Assembly: GCA_030523385.1 (NCBI GenBank)
Contig: JAUNIV010000001.1
Coordinates: 1 to 46,682 of the forward strand
Reading direction: 5' to 3'
DNA: 46,682 bases
From: Bacteroidales bacterium
GTDB taxonomy: Bacteria > Bacteroidota > Bacteroidia > Bacteroidales > Bacteroidaceae
A program made the translations under genes and the position numbers. Below the pieces are notes generated by a model. It saw nothing but the letters and a program-made list of their open reading frames with translations, searched no databases and was not told the origin of the DNA. Numbering within the stretch: the stretch's first letter is position 1; each line of letters starts with the position of its first letter. Shown here piece after piece: positions 28,885 through 39,020 of the stretch.

Positions 28885-29984
28885 TTTCTTAACTCCGTTA
28901 ATTTGTTCTGCTCATATCTGTATTCACGGCTATCCTTGACGATGATGCCCTTTGACATAAGATGCTTCAACCACATCACAAACGAGGTACGTCCGCGCCT
29001 GTAGCCGGTTTCCGCATACATTTCCCGCAATTTGCCGACCAACGTATTGTAACCTTTGACCGGACCTTCGGCAAATACCTTGTCAAGAATCTCCTTGTGC
29101 TGCGATACGGTGATATTCTCGAATGTCACCCGTTCCTCTTCATCGCTGCTGAATCCCGGTATATCCTCCGGCAAACCGTCTTCATTGATACGGAAGGCAA
29201 AGTTTGAGAACTCCTTTTCCCTGGTAATCATCGGACGGACTTCGCTCACATCAGGATTTATCTCGCTTTTGATGATTTTCATCACGGTCTCCGCCTTGTT
29301 GTTCAGTTCTGTACCGATGTGGCCTCTCGTATTGTCATCGCTCTTGTTAAGGTGCAGGACAGTATGGATGTGGATATTGTACATGTTGGTCCACCGCATG
29401 AGGTCGTTGATTATCTCAACGGACTCTCCGGGAGAGTTGATGTCATTGATAAGGTCGCGGATGCCGTCGATAACAACAAAACCAATCTTATCATCAACTT
29501 CCAGAGCGGAGTCTATGATGTTGCGGCGTTGCTGTGGCGTGAACTCCCTGAGCATAAGAAAATCCAATGACGACACCTCACAGTCGGAGGGCAGTCCGGA
29601 CATTCTGAGTATGCGGTGAAGCACCTTGAAACAATGCACGCGACTTTGCTCTGTATCTATATACAGCACCTTTGTCTTGCCTTCGGGCAGTTTGGCACGA
29701 TAATGCAGCACTTCTTTCCCTGAAATCAATGCAGCGACTATCGCACTCACATTGAATGTCTTTCTTGATTTCGGCTTGCCTACGGACGCACTGAAATTAC
29801 CCACTGTGGCCACCGTGATCTCATCGACCGTCAGTATCTCCGGAGGAAAGACATAGCGGTCTGTGGCACGGATGCGGACGTATTCAAGGAATTTCTTGAA
29901 CTTATCCCGGTTGGCTTTTTCCTGTGGTGTCAGCTCCTGCTTTGCCGGAAATATCCTGTCGAATGGTATTTCTTCTATCTTCAT
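28881..29984 (-). CDS. AAA_25/RepA-like P-loop protein
   Basis: GKPKSRKT, LYIDTEQ, VVIDGIRD and RGHIGTEL. Confidence 0.85.
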   Translation of the reverse strand: MKIEEIPFDRIFPAKQELTPQEKANRDKFKKFLEYVRIRATDRYVFPPEILTVDEITVATVGNFSASVGKPKSRKTFNVSAIVAALISGKEVLHYRAKLPEGKTKVLYIDTEQSRVHCFKVLHRILRMSGLPSDCEVSSLDFLMLREFTPQQRRNIIDSALEVDDKIGFVVIDGIRDLINDINSPGESVEIINDLMRWTNMYNIHIHTVLHLNKSDDNTRGHIGTELNNKAETVMKIIKSEINPDVSEVRPMITREKEFSNFAFRINEDGLPEDIPGFSSDEEERVTFENITVSQHKEILDKVFAEGPVKGYNTLVGKLREMYAETGYRRGRTSFVMWLKHLMSKGIIVKDSREYRYEQNKLTELRN

Positions 29985-30439
29985 TTCCCGGTTCCTCTCT
30001 TGGCTTTGCGGTTCCCTTTGGATAAATCCGCCATGGTTTCGGCTGCCGCCCTGCGGTTCATCTCATGTTTGGAGTAGATGACATTGCGGCGAAGCACGTC
30101 ATCGAGTTCCTTACGCTCGATATAGATGAACTTGCCACGGGGCTTGAAATGGGTTATCTCCCTGTTGGAAGTCATAAGATATATCTGACTTTTTGATACC
30201 CCGATATATTCCGCCGCTTCTTCAACGGTAAGCATCTCACGGCACATGAAGAGCTTTGACTCAAGTTCCTTGAAATGCTCGAATATTTCACCGAGGTCGC
30301 CATAACGCTCCATGAACGCGCAGATGGACTCGATACGCTGTACCGCCTCGTCAACAGTGCTTTCTCCCATTTTGGAGAGCAGATGGCTTACGTTTTCCAC
30401 CCGTTGGAGGGTGGCTATAAATTCTGATGTCATAACCAT
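29981..30439 (-). CDS. Excisionase-like HTH_17 protein
   Basis: MLTVEEAAEYIGVSKSQIY..KPRGKFIY. Confidence 0.85.
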   Translation of the reverse strand: MVMTSEFIATLQRVENVSHLLSKMGESTVDEAVQRIESICAFMERYGDLGEIFEHFKELESKLFMCREMLTVEEAAEYIGVSKSQIYLMTSNREITHFKPRGKFIYIERKELDDVLRRNVIYSKHEMNRRAAAETMADLSKGNRKAKRGTGK

Positions 30440-30448
30440 TTCCTCCCT

Positions 30449-30787
30449 TTAATAATAGCACTCATGTTGTGGTTCAGTCTCATTGATGAGGGCTGTTTCA
30501 GTCTCGATGTCCATGCGGGACTTCACCCATCTGTCAAGATCTTCCTTGTTGAAGAAAATGCGTCCGTTGGTCGGACGGCTGTGAGGGATGTCATATTTGC
30601 GCACCAGTTTGTACAGGTGGCTCGGGGTGATGCCAAGATACAAGGCTGCATCCTCTACCGTAAACGTACCCTTCAGATGGAAAAGCATCCCTATGAGCTG
30701 GTCAACACGCGACAACAATTTGTCGAGCTTGACGGAACACCGTTCTCCCCATTGGGAGTCAGTGACAGTTTGCTGTTGTTCATTCAT
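30449..30787 (-). CDS. Excisionase-like HTH_17 protein
   Basis: FTVEDAALYLGITPSHLYKL..RPTNGRIFF. Confidence 0.85.
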   Translation of the reverse strand: MNEQQQTVTDSQWGERCSVKLDKLLSRVDQLIGMLFHLKGTFTVEDAALYLGITPSHLYKLVRKYDIPHSRPTNGRIFFNKEDLDRWVKSRMDIETETALINETEPQHECYY

Positions 30788-30948
30788 TGTTTCTTTGCTT
30801 TTTTGATTCTACATTCAGAGCCGTCGCCCCACGTGTTGAAAGCTTTCGACTGCAAAGGAACAATACAAACGGGTATTGAAAGCAATATTTTGAATGACAC
30901 TTGCAAAGTCTCACTCAAAATATCACTATCACTTAAAGATTTGACCGT

Positions 30949-31677
30949 TTATTGGGCATATTTCTCACGGATATGCTTCATAAGGATGTCTATGTCATCC
31001 TTATGGGTGAATCTGCCGTTACTCCTTGCACGGCTTAGTGCGGAAGAGTAATTTGAACGTGACTGGGGCTTGTTCTTTCCTTGCAGCAGAATGGAACCGC
31101 TACGTCCGAGGACTGTCTGCCAACGGTGGTTAATCAGGTTCATGGCACTGAGACAGTCGAAGAAATAGGAAATGCACATGAGATTTCCCGCAACCAACGG
31201 CATGTCCAGCGTACCGCTCATAAGGTCGTTCATCTCCTGCACCGAGACTTTCTTCTGGAAGAAACCGGCACCATTGGCACAGTCGGCAAGCAATGGCATA
31301 TCTTCGGCTCTGATTACACAGGACAGCTTCAGTTCCGGCACTTGTCCGATATATGTCGTTTTGAATGTCACATGATCGGGATTTTCGTCATCACGGCTTT
31401 CGGTATAAACAAGGACTATCATCTTATCTATGTCCGAGGCTTCCAAGAAAGGTTCGGAAAAGAACCGTTTTACAAGATCAGACCTTTCCTGCAAGAGGAT
31501 GCCGATGGCTCCCATTGCCTTGCGGTGAATGTTGTTGCCGGCCGCATCTTTTTCATCGGTGTAATGATGACCGTCGAGGAACTGCATTGCGAACACCCTC
31601 GGTGTCATTACACCTGTGACCACATAGTTCTGATACTCCCTGTGCGCTTCCAGCAACAGTTGGCGCAGGTAGTCCAA
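30949..31677 (-). CDS. Hypothetical protein, possible ICE excision regulator
   Basis: 242-aa ORF directly upstream of the excisionase operon. Function inferred from position only. Confidence 0.6.
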   Translation of the reverse strand: MDYLRQLLLEAHREYQNYVVTGVMTPRVFAMQFLDGHHYTDEKDAAGNNIHRKAMGAIGILLQERSDLVKRFFSEPFLEASDIDKMIVLVYTESRDDENPDHVTFKTTYIGQVPELKLSCVIRAEDMPLLADCANGAGFFQKKVSVQEMNDLMSGTLDMPLVAGNLMCISYFFDCLSAMNLINHRWQTVLGRSGSILLQGKNKPQSRSNYSSALSRARSNGRFTHKDDIDILMKHIREKYAQ

Positions 31678-31840
31678 TCCTGCATTACGATTAACGGACT
31701 GCCGGGAAAACTCTTTTCCTGTAAAAAAAAATAAAGAGCTTCCGGATGAGTGTATTTACTTCCATACTTAGGATGCTTTACTGATAGAACGGCGCGACTG
31801 TTTCCCGGTAAAAGGAACAATCACGCCGTTTCCATTCTGT

Positions 31841-32458
31841 TTATAATTGATTCCAGTTGCCATCCATAATGTATGGTAACTTGTTCTTGATTTCTTCCAC
31901 AGACCAATCCCACCATTTCAAAGCCTGCATCCGCTTTATTATTTCAGGACTGAACCGCTTTCGTATCTCCTTGGCCGGAACACCACCCACAATAGTATAG
32001 GGCGGCACGTCTTTCGTCACAGCCGCTCTTGTGCCAATTATAGCTCCGTCACCGATATGGACACCAGCCATAATTACGGCTTCATAGCCTATCCACACGT
32101 CATTGCCAATCACGATGTCGCCTTTGTTGTCCCAAGCGGAGGCCACATCCGCCTTGTTCAATTCCCAGTCTTCATAGAACAGCGGGAATGTATAAGTGGA
32201 CAACGATTTCAGTCTATGATTGGCACAGTTGAACAGGAACTTTGCTCCACACGCAATAGAGCAAAACTTGCCTATTATCAGCCGTTCATGGTTAATGGGG
32301 TAATGATACAACACGTTGTTATGCTCAAACAGGCGAGGATCTGATACAAAATCATTGTATATGGTGTAGTCGCCGACCTCAATGGACGGATCGTTGATTA
32401 CGGCATTGAGATAGACGGTTTGATTGTCGCCGGTACGGGGATATATCTTAGTCATCAT
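31841..32458 (-). CDS. Vat/CatB-family hexapeptide O-acetyltransferase
   Basis: LIIGKFCSIA, ANH..STYTF and GDIVIGNDVWIG..VTKDVPPYTIVGGVPAK..WWDW. Confidence 0.88.
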   Translation of the reverse strand: MMTKIYPRTGDNQTVYLNAVINDPSIEVGDYTIYNDFVSDPRLFEHNNVLYHYPINHERLIIGKFCSIACGAKFLFNCANHRLKSLSTYTFPLFYEDWELNKADVASAWDNKGDIVIGNDVWIGYEAVIMAGVHIGDGAIIGTRAAVTKDVPPYTIVGGVPAKEIRKRFSPEIIKRMQALKWWDWSVEEIKNKLPYIMDGNWNQL

Positions 32459-33759
32459 AAGTTCGTATTTTTAGTTCTGTCGTTCTTTAGATAAAAGATG
32501 GACTGAATGCCGAGCAATGTCACAAACAGGTATTCCATCAGCCAATAAGTTGCCAGCGTTACATTGCAACGGCTTAATCCCCATAACCCCAACAGATAAA
32601 CAATAATAGTGCTCACATGAAAGACAAACACCGCCCGTGTCGCCCCGGTTCCTACCACTGCGTTCAGATAGACATAGCTGGGCAGTGCAAGGAAATAGTC
32701 GAACAGCATGACGGCAAACGGCAGGCATGCGGCCTGCACTATGTCAGGGCTATCCGTATAGGCTCCAATGGCAAACCTGTGGAAAAGCAATGCGAGTATA
32801 ATGAGGGGAATACCTATTGCATATCCCAGACGGGTGATTCTGCGGCAAAGAGGAAAAACGGCATCCCTTTCACCAGCTCCAATCAAATTGCTCACCAAAG
32901 AGCCGGTAACTGCCGATAAAGCATTGACAATAACTGCAAATAGGGTGGAAACACTCCTTACAATATTGGAAACGGCCAATTCTGTCTCACCAAGACGCTC
33001 GATAGCCAGAAAGAAAACAAACCAGGCGGCCACACTTGTAAAGAACTGCAACATGCTCCATATCGAAACAGAAAATACCTCTTTCAGTATCTTTACATCA
33101 ATACGCCAGTACAAGCCATACGCCTTTTTGTCAATATGCCGATACATATATACGGACAATATAGCCAGTGAACACAATTCTGCAAATGAGGATGCGATGG
33201 CAGCTCCGGATATTCCCATGTCAAAGCCGAATATCAGAATCCAGTTCGTCGGGATGTTTACCAATACAGCCATGAAGGCTGCCACATTCAACGCTTTTGT
33301 CTTTGTGATACCCACCAAGAAGGAACGTAAGGCGAGGAAGGGGAAAGAGAACAGCAATCCCCACATACGCCAATCCAAATAACGGATAACCGCATGATAG
33401 ATGTCTTCAGAAATTATCAGGTGCTTCAGCAAAATTGGAGAAAGAGCCTTGGATACCAGGCAGACGGTCACTGCAAATATCGACAGGAAGAACAGTCCTT
33501 GAATGAACGCTTTCCCGGTTTCCTCATACCTCTGTTCTCCGTTACGACGGCCTATTACCACTTGCAACCCCATACTGAATCCGAGACCAAGCATATAGAT
33601 CGCCCAAAACCAGATCCCGGCAAGGGCGGATGCGCCAAGTTCCACATCACCTACATGCCCGAGAAACAGGGCATCGGTAATGTTTATCAGTTGTTCGATA
33701 AGGATGCTCATCATTACAGGAAAAGCGATGAGCCAAATTTTCTTATATGTATAATTCAT
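32455..33759 (-). CDS. MATE efflux transporter
   Basis: 434 aa with about 12 TM segments, QLINITDALFLGHVG and GISGAAIAS. Confidence 0.9.
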   Translation of the reverse strand: MNYTYKKIWLIAFPVMMSILIEQLINITDALFLGHVGDVELGASALAGIWFWAIYMLGLGFSMGLQVVIGRRNGEQRYEETGKAFIQGLFFLSIFAVTVCLVSKALSPILLKHLIISEDIYHAVIRYLDWRMWGLLFSFPFLALRSFLVGITKTKALNVAAFMAVLVNIPTNWILIFGFDMGISGAAIASSFAELCSLAILSVYMYRHIDKKAYGLYWRIDVKILKEVFSVSIWSMLQFFTSVAAWFVFFLAIERLGETELAVSNIVRSVSTLFAVIVNALSAVTGSLVSNLIGAGERDAVFPLCRRITRLGYAIGIPLIILALLFHRFAIGAYTDSPDIVQAACLPFAVMLFDYFLALPSYVYLNAVVGTGATRAVFVFHVSTIIVYLLGLWGLSRCNVTLATYWLMEYLFVTLLGIQSIFYLKNDRTKNTNL

Positions 33760-33922
33760 TTGTTCAAATCAATATGACACAATATGCCATGCCGCTTTAC
33801 GCAGCGCGACAATCCTATAATTATTTGATAAGGGATAATGACAAAACAATAATTGACAAGTTTAAGAATATAAACCTGTCTATTGCTGAACAGCAATCAG
33901 ATGTGCTATTCGTTGAGCGTAG

Positions 33923-33946
33923 CTATATGCACAACTGCCATTTCAT
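33923..33946 (-). promoter_or_regulatory. Putative leader peptide MKWQLCI upstream of MATE-vat
   Basis: ATG AAA TGG CAG TTG TGC ATA TAG, lying between a TACCTTTG -7 element (33982-33989) and the MATE start. Confidence 0.4.
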
Positions 33947-34095
33947 ATTGTTGAACAACTTTTCTTTTTATGTTAGTTCTACAAAGGTAGCCCTTTTCCC
34001 TTAGAATCCATCCTAAGACTGCCTACACCTTATGTTTTACGCATATTATTTAATTATATTTTACACATTTTAATCAAAACACCAATCTATGAGGC

Positions 34096-34575
34096 TTAAT
34101 TTCCTATTTTGCGAAACACGGCCAAAGTCCTTCCATCACCATTTTTAAGGAACAGGGAACCTGAAGTCGCTGTGTACTTTTTTATTTCCGACAAGATGAT
34201 TTTCATCTCAATCTCTATGGTCATATCGTCACATGCCATTTCCGTCCATGCCATATTTTGGAATGACAAAAGAGAATCATCAACAGCAAAGTCCCCTGAA
34301 ATGGAATTACAATCCGTCTTGCAGGAGAATGTGCCGGTATCAAGAAATCGGAGCTGGCAACTTTTGTCACTTTTTACTTTAGCCAAAAACATGGATGAAT
34401 ATTCAACCGGATTATATTTTTCAAGCTGCCAACATCCATAGATGCCGCCAGAGGCAATCTGTGGCAAACCAGACTCCATGCTACTGCCATCGCTAACTTT
34501 CGCGGTCTGCTGTCCACATGATACGATGAGCAGTGTCAATACCAGCATCATGAATAAACCCTTGCTTTTCTTCAT
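34096..34575 (-). CDS. META/HslJ-domain lipoprotein
   Basis: Lipobox IVSC, and TDCNSISG..WTEMAC. Confidence 0.8.
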   Translation of the reverse strand: MKKSKGLFMMLVLTLLIVSCGQQTAKVSDGSSMESGLPQIASGGIYGCWQLEKYNPVEYSSMFLAKVKSDKSCQLRFLDTGTFSCKTDCNSISGDFAVDDSLLSFQNMAWTEMACDDMTIEIEMKIILSEIKKYTATSGSLFLKNGDGRTLAVFRKIGN

Positions 34576-34577
34576 GC

Positions 34578-34922
34578 TTATTTCTTTTTGATGGTTTGAC
34601 TTTTGCGCATGGACATCTCATCGGCAAAAGCCTGTTCTCCATGTTCTTTGATATAACGGATGCAGGCGGGTCTATCTGACTTAAACAGAAAGGCGAAAAC
34701 CTTTGCTATCCAATTTGAAAACACTTTGCACTCTTGAACATTACGGGAGCACTCGGCACAGGTGCTGAACTTGTTTGCCGTACAGCACGAACGGATTTTG
34801 CACCAGCCAGCTTTGTCGTTTTGTTTACATCCTGGGCATTTTCCGTTTAAGAACTTGCGGCAAGCCCCGCAGTACAGACCGCAAGCAGCGATATGGCGAG
34901 TATCTGTTGTCACATTTTTCAT
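34578..34922 (-). CDS. Cys-rich DUF3795-like protein
   Basis: IAACGLYCGAC..CPGC..CKIRSCC..CAEC. Confidence 0.8.
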   Translation of the reverse strand: MKNVTTDTRHIAACGLYCGACRKFLNGKCPGCKQNDKAGWCKIRSCCTANKFSTCAECSRNVQECKVFSNWIAKVFAFLFKSDRPACIRYIKEHGEQAFADEMSMRKSQTIKKK

Positions 34923-34931
34923 AAGTCTAAT

Positions 34932-35858
34932 TTATATATTACATTTTGATATTACAGGAACACATATATCCACTGTCAGCTTCTTATCCGGATGTTCTTC
35001 GGGATTATTCATATAAATCTCAAAGGCCAGCCCGCAACACTTACTGCCGTATTCATCTATCAAGTGGAACATACATTCCCATGCGTGATGAATCTCATCC
35101 CATGTGATTTCAAACCTCCCCACGGCATATTGCCCGGCAGGAATGGTGTATGAACTTATTTCTCCGTTGGTCTTCATAGGCCCCTTGACTACCAGACAAG
35201 CATCTGAAATGAGCTTTCCTTCTTCTGTCACACTCGGATTGTTATGATAGATGGATATTAAACGGGGATTGTGCATCGTGACCAATCCCTTGGAGTATGC
35301 CCAACGCATCAGCTTTTCAAATGCCTGTTGCATATTTGAATATGCACCATAATGGCGGCAATACACCACATGGATAGCATCTAAACGCTTGATCTCGAAA
35401 CTGCAGTTCATATTTATATCTCCTATCTTGAATGTTTTTTGTGTGCAAAAATAGTGGGAATAGGAACGGCTTTGTGGATTCATTATGCGCTCCAATGTAC
35501 GTTTCTTGCTATTCTCTTGTAGCCACTTGCACCTGTAGGCCTCTGCGGTCATGCCAAAATGCTTCTTGAAATTACGACAGAAAACATTGACGGAGTTAAA
35601 GCCACATTCAAAAGCAATGTTCATGATAGGCTTTTCCACGTCGTTCCGCAGCTGTATCGTCGCAAGTTCCAAACGCCGGCGCATGACATATTTAGCCAAC
35701 GATTCGCCCATTGCAGCCGTAAATATACGGTGAAAATGGTACGTTGACAGATAGGTCTTCTGCGCCAATAATTTTATATCAAGGTCTTCGTTTATATGGG
35801 CATTGATATAATCAAGGACCATATTCACTTGCTTTGTATATTTGGCATAATCACTCAT
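34932..35858 (-). CDS. AraC-family regulator with C-terminal GyrI-like effector domain
   Basis: YHFHRIF..IAFECGFNS..FKKHFGMT followed by a GyrI-like domain (RHYGAY..GQYAV..FEIY..DICVP). Confidence 0.9.
   Translation of the reverse strand: MSDYAKYTKQVNMVLDYINAHINEDLDIKLLAQKTYLSTYHFHRIFTAAMGESLAKYVMRRRLELATIQLRNDVEKPIMNIAFECGFNSVNVFCRNFKKHFGMTAEAYRCKWLQENSKKRTLERIMNPQSRSYSHYFCTQKTFKIGDINMNCSFEIKRLDAIHVVYCRHYGAYSNMQQAFEKLMRWAYSKGLVTMHNPRLISIYHNNPSVTEEGKLISDACLVVKGPMKTNGEISSYTIPAGQYAVGRFEITWDEIHHAWECMFHLIDEYGSKCCGLAFEIYMNNPEEHPDKKLTVDICVPVISKCNI
35446..35512 (-). promoter_or_regulatory. Internal promoter/operator within the araC gene
   Basis: A 20-bp box (35493-35512) identical to 36308-36327, with a TATTTTTG -7 element at the same spacing. 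Confidence 0.7.
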
Positions 35859-35944
35859 TGCGTATCGTCATTTACCACAATGGGAATAGATGTCCGCGCT
35901 CATTTCCGAAACAGAGATATTCCCAAAGTGTTGTCGTTATTATC

Positions 35945-36226
35945 TCATGGACATTTTCTCCAGCGTTTGAGGGTTGGATAAAACTGTCGAAGCCAATCCT
36001 TCATTTCCTCCACGGTCAAGTTTGTCCCAGACCACTCGTTTATCTCATCAGTGAACTGTGCACTGTGCTCGACCATCTGCTCCATAGTCATCTCTTGCGT
36101 GAACTTGCCATCTTTGTAGCAATCAAGGCAGTAATCCTCATTGGGACTACCGTCAGCGTTCGTTCCTTTGTACTCGCCAGTCTGTGGCATTGGCATCCCA
36201 CAGCTTTGACAAAATTTCTGTTCCAT
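35945..36226 (-). CDS. Zinc-ribbon (Zn_ribbon_2-like) protein
   Basis: FCQSCGMP..GTNADGS..YCLDCY..PTLKRW. Confidence 0.85.
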   Translation of the reverse strand: MEQKFCQSCGMPMPQTGEYKGTNADGSPNEDYCLDCYKDGKFTQEMTMEQMVEHSAQFTDEINEWSGTNLTVEEMKDWLRQFYPTLKRWRKCP

Positions 36227-36260
36227 ATCCTATATTATTTCTGTTAAATGATTTAGCCGG

Positions 36261-36327
36261 CAAAATTAGTGAGAATATACTTTTTCCTGTGGACACATAT
36301 TGTGCTTCAATGTACGTTTCTTGCTAT
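36261..36327 (-). promoter_or_regulatory. Promoter and putative AraC operator of the Zn-ribbon/araC operon
   Basis: TAATTTTG -7 element (36261-36268) and a 20-bp box at 36308-36327. Confidence 0.7.
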
Positions 36328-36579
36328 CTTATTGCCGATTTTTGCTCCAATGCGTTTTGGGTCGCTATTCTATATGATACCATACGGCATTAACTTGACA
36401 ACCGTATTTATGCGAATGGTGGAGGATTATACCAAGCCACATATCTGCAATGAGCCGTCAGGCACCTCAGTCGGTATAAATATATATGCCCCTTGACTGA
36501 CTGACCTTAATGGCTCGCCCGCAATTTTTCGGTTAGTCACTCTAAATATATACACCCTTTGACCGACTGACTTGTTTTG

Positions 36580-37725
36580 CTATTCAAAGACGCCATCGAA
36601 CAAAGAAACCGCCTCGTCTTTCTTTGTGTTGATAATCCGGGCATAACGCTGGGTGTGGCGAATGGTGGTGTGCCCGAGCAGCTGGCTGGTCGTATAAATG
36701 TCTATACCCGCAGTAAGACAGAGTGTTGCGAAGCTGTGCCTCCCCGCGTGAAAAGTGATGTCCTTTGTGATTCCGGCGTTCTTCATCCATGTGCCGAGAG
36801 TCTGACCGTAACTCCTTGTCAGCCGGGGGAACACCTTGTCTTCCGCCGTGGCATCCTCCGGTTGCTCGGGCAACCATTTTCGGGCATTCATGTTCAACGG
36901 CAGGAACAGTTCGACACCGGTCTTGTATTGGATAATCTCGACTTGCCAATGGGTTGCGGTCTTCACTATGTCTTTCCAACGGAGGCTCATGATGTCATAG
37001 ATGCGGAGTCCGCTGAAGCAGGAGAACAAGAACGCACCCTTGATGTCCTCTCTGTGACATGGGGTAGCGATAAGCCGTTTGATTTCCTCGACCGTCAAAT
37101 ACTCACGCTTATGCTCTTTGATGGATAGCGAAGCTCTGGTTATTCCCTTGAACGGGCTTTTAGGTATCACGCTTTCACGTACTGCGTAATTCAAAGCCGC
37201 CCTGACATAGCCTAAGTATAGGAACACCGTGCTTTTCGTTATTTTTTTCCGATCCGTATTAAGAGCGGAACGGCTGGCAAGGTGTTCCATAAAGCCCGTA
37301 ATGAATTCCTTATCCACATCGCCAAGTGTGATTTCGGAATCATAACTGGCAACTTCTTCTACAGAACGGTCAAGCCATCTCTTCGATGATTCTGCACAGC
37401 TTTTCTTTGCGTTCTCGGCATAGATTCCCATCCATGAACAGAACGGCATCCTGGCTTTATGAGACTTATCTTTTATGCCTGCAATACGGTTAGTAAGGTC
37501 AAGTATCATTTCTTCCTTGATGGCATTGGCCTGTGCAAGGGTGTTGGCGTTCATGATCTTTGACGACATGTCTGTCTCAGGCACAAGATACAGCTTGAGA
37601 AACTTGTACGTTCGCTTCCCATTATGGTATATATCCAAATATAATGAGCGGTTGCCGTTTTTCAACACCTGCTCGCGGAGCCTTATTGGTTCCTTCATTA
37701 CTACTTGTTTCTTCGGTCTGCCCAT
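36580..37725 (-). CDS. Tyrosine integrase (ICE, second of a tandem pair)
   Basis: SLYLDIY, GLRIYD, HAGRHSF and LGH..QRYA. Confidence 0.92.
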   Translation of the reverse strand: MGRPKKQVVMKEPIRLREQVLKNGNRSLYLDIYHNGKRTYKFLKLYLVPETDMSSKIMNANTLAQANAIKEEMILDLTNRIAGIKDKSHKARMPFCSWMGIYAENAKKSCAESSKRWLDRSVEEVASYDSEITLGDVDKEFITGFMEHLASRSALNTDRKKITKSTVFLYLGYVRAALNYAVRESVIPKSPFKGITRASLSIKEHKREYLTVEEIKRLIATPCHREDIKGAFLFSCFSGLRIYDIMSLRWKDIVKTATHWQVEIIQYKTGVELFLPLNMNARKWLPEQPEDATAEDKVFPRLTRSYGQTLGTWMKNAGITKDITFHAGRHSFATLCLTAGIDIYTTSQLLGHTTIRHTQRYARIINTKKDEAVSLFDGVFE

Positions 37726-37731
37726 TGTCTT

Positions 37732-38862
37732 TTAATCGAATAGTTTGTCAATCATGTAAACCGCATCCACTTTCTTCTTGTCGATAATTTTAGCATATGC
37801 TTGGGTCGTTTCCACATCCGAGTGTCCCAACAACTGGCTTGTGGTATAAAGGTCCGCACCCATAGTCAATGTCATCGTTGCAAAAGCGTGGCGGCTCACG
37901 TGATAGGACACCCGTTTGGTAATACCTGCTTTTGATGTCCATGTCTTCAATACGTGGTCACAATCACTTAATGTGGGGACGTCGAAGACGGAATCGTCTG
38001 GATTTCCTTTTTCTTCCGGCATGAATTTCTGTGCCTGTTGGCTCAAAGGTAGGTAGATAACCTTCCCTGTCTTTTGCTGGCGCAGTTCTAGATGGACTTT
38101 GCCGTTATCTTCGATTACGTCTTTCCAGCGTAATCCTTTGACATCACTGTAACGCAATCCACAAAAACATGAAAACAAAAACGCGGTCTTTACTCTTGGG
38201 CTTCTACATGGAGTATTGATAAGCGTTTGTACCTCTTCGATGGTGAGATACTCACGCTTTCTACATTCACCTTGTATTGATGCCCAGTCAAATGAAAGCA
38301 GCGGATTGTCACCAAGGATTTCCAAGTCCACGGCATAATTAAGAGCGGCACGTATGTATCCGCAATAACCGGCTATTGTCTTTTTCGCCAACGGCTTTTG
38401 CGTTGTTCTTGCCTTACGGGTTTCCAAATACTCTATGAATCCCTGCAAGAAATCCTTGTCAACCTCGTAGAGCTTTATACGAGGATTATGAACCTTCAGG
38501 CAAACCGACACGGCGTGTACATGATTAACAAGGGAACTGCGTCCTTTTTTTCTTCCAAATTCAGCATATTCATTGAGCCAGTCGATAAGCGGCATTTTGG
38601 CTTTGTCCGAAAGAGCCGTCATTGGCTTCTTGTTGGTAATGTCAAGAATACGCTGTGCTTTGATGGCATTGGCAGCTTTGAGCGTATTGGCATTTCTCTC
38701 CTTTGCCTCCTGCGATATTTCAGGGACAAGGAAGAGTTTGAGAAATTCATACCTCCGTTTACGGTCGGTATAAATATCTAAATAGATAGACTGGTTACCG
38801 TCCTTAAGCTGCTTGAAGCGGATGCGGACAGGTACCGATTCGGACTTTTTTGTTCTTGCCAT
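37732..38862 (-). CDS. Tyrosine integrase (ICE, terminal)
   Basis: Start MARTKK at 38862, downstream of a TACCTTTG -7 element at 38888-38895. Motifs GLRYSD, HVSRHAF and LGH..QAYAK. Confidence 0.92.
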   Translation of the reverse strand: MARTKKSESVPVRIRFKQLKDGNQSIYLDIYTDRKRRYEFLKLFLVPEISQEAKERNANTLKAANAIKAQRILDITNKKPMTALSDKAKMPLIDWLNEYAEFGRKKGRSSLVNHVHAVSVCLKVHNPRIKLYEVDKDFLQGFIEYLETRKARTTQKPLAKKTIAGYCGYIRAALNYAVDLEILGDNPLLSFDWASIQGECRKREYLTIEEVQTLINTPCRSPRVKTAFLFSCFCGLRYSDVKGLRWKDVIEDNGKVHLELRQQKTGKVIYLPLSQQAQKFMPEEKGNPDDSVFDVPTLSDCDHVLKTWTSKAGITKRVSYHVSRHAFATMTLTMGADLYTTSQLLGHSDVETTQAYAKIIDKKKVDAVYMIDKLFD

Positions 38863-39020
38863 TAATTGCCAATGCTTTATTCGTGTGCAAAGGTACAAAA
38901 AATAGCTCAAAATGACTAACAAAAAAGTAACATAATTGACCGAAATAACAAAAAATAGCCATCCCTCCTTTAGAAACAAAGCAAAAACAGACATCAGCAA
39001 ACCATTGTAAATAAAGGATT

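Noticed and set aside
31696-31830. Riboswitch upstream of 30949-31677
   Set aside because: A CCGGGAAA/TTTCCCGG pairing exists, but I cannot match it to a known aptamer.
38863-39000. 46-aa N-terminal extension of the ICE integrase
   Set aside because: It spans the -7 promoter element and the att-arm region. MARTKK at 38862 matches the starts of the other integrases.
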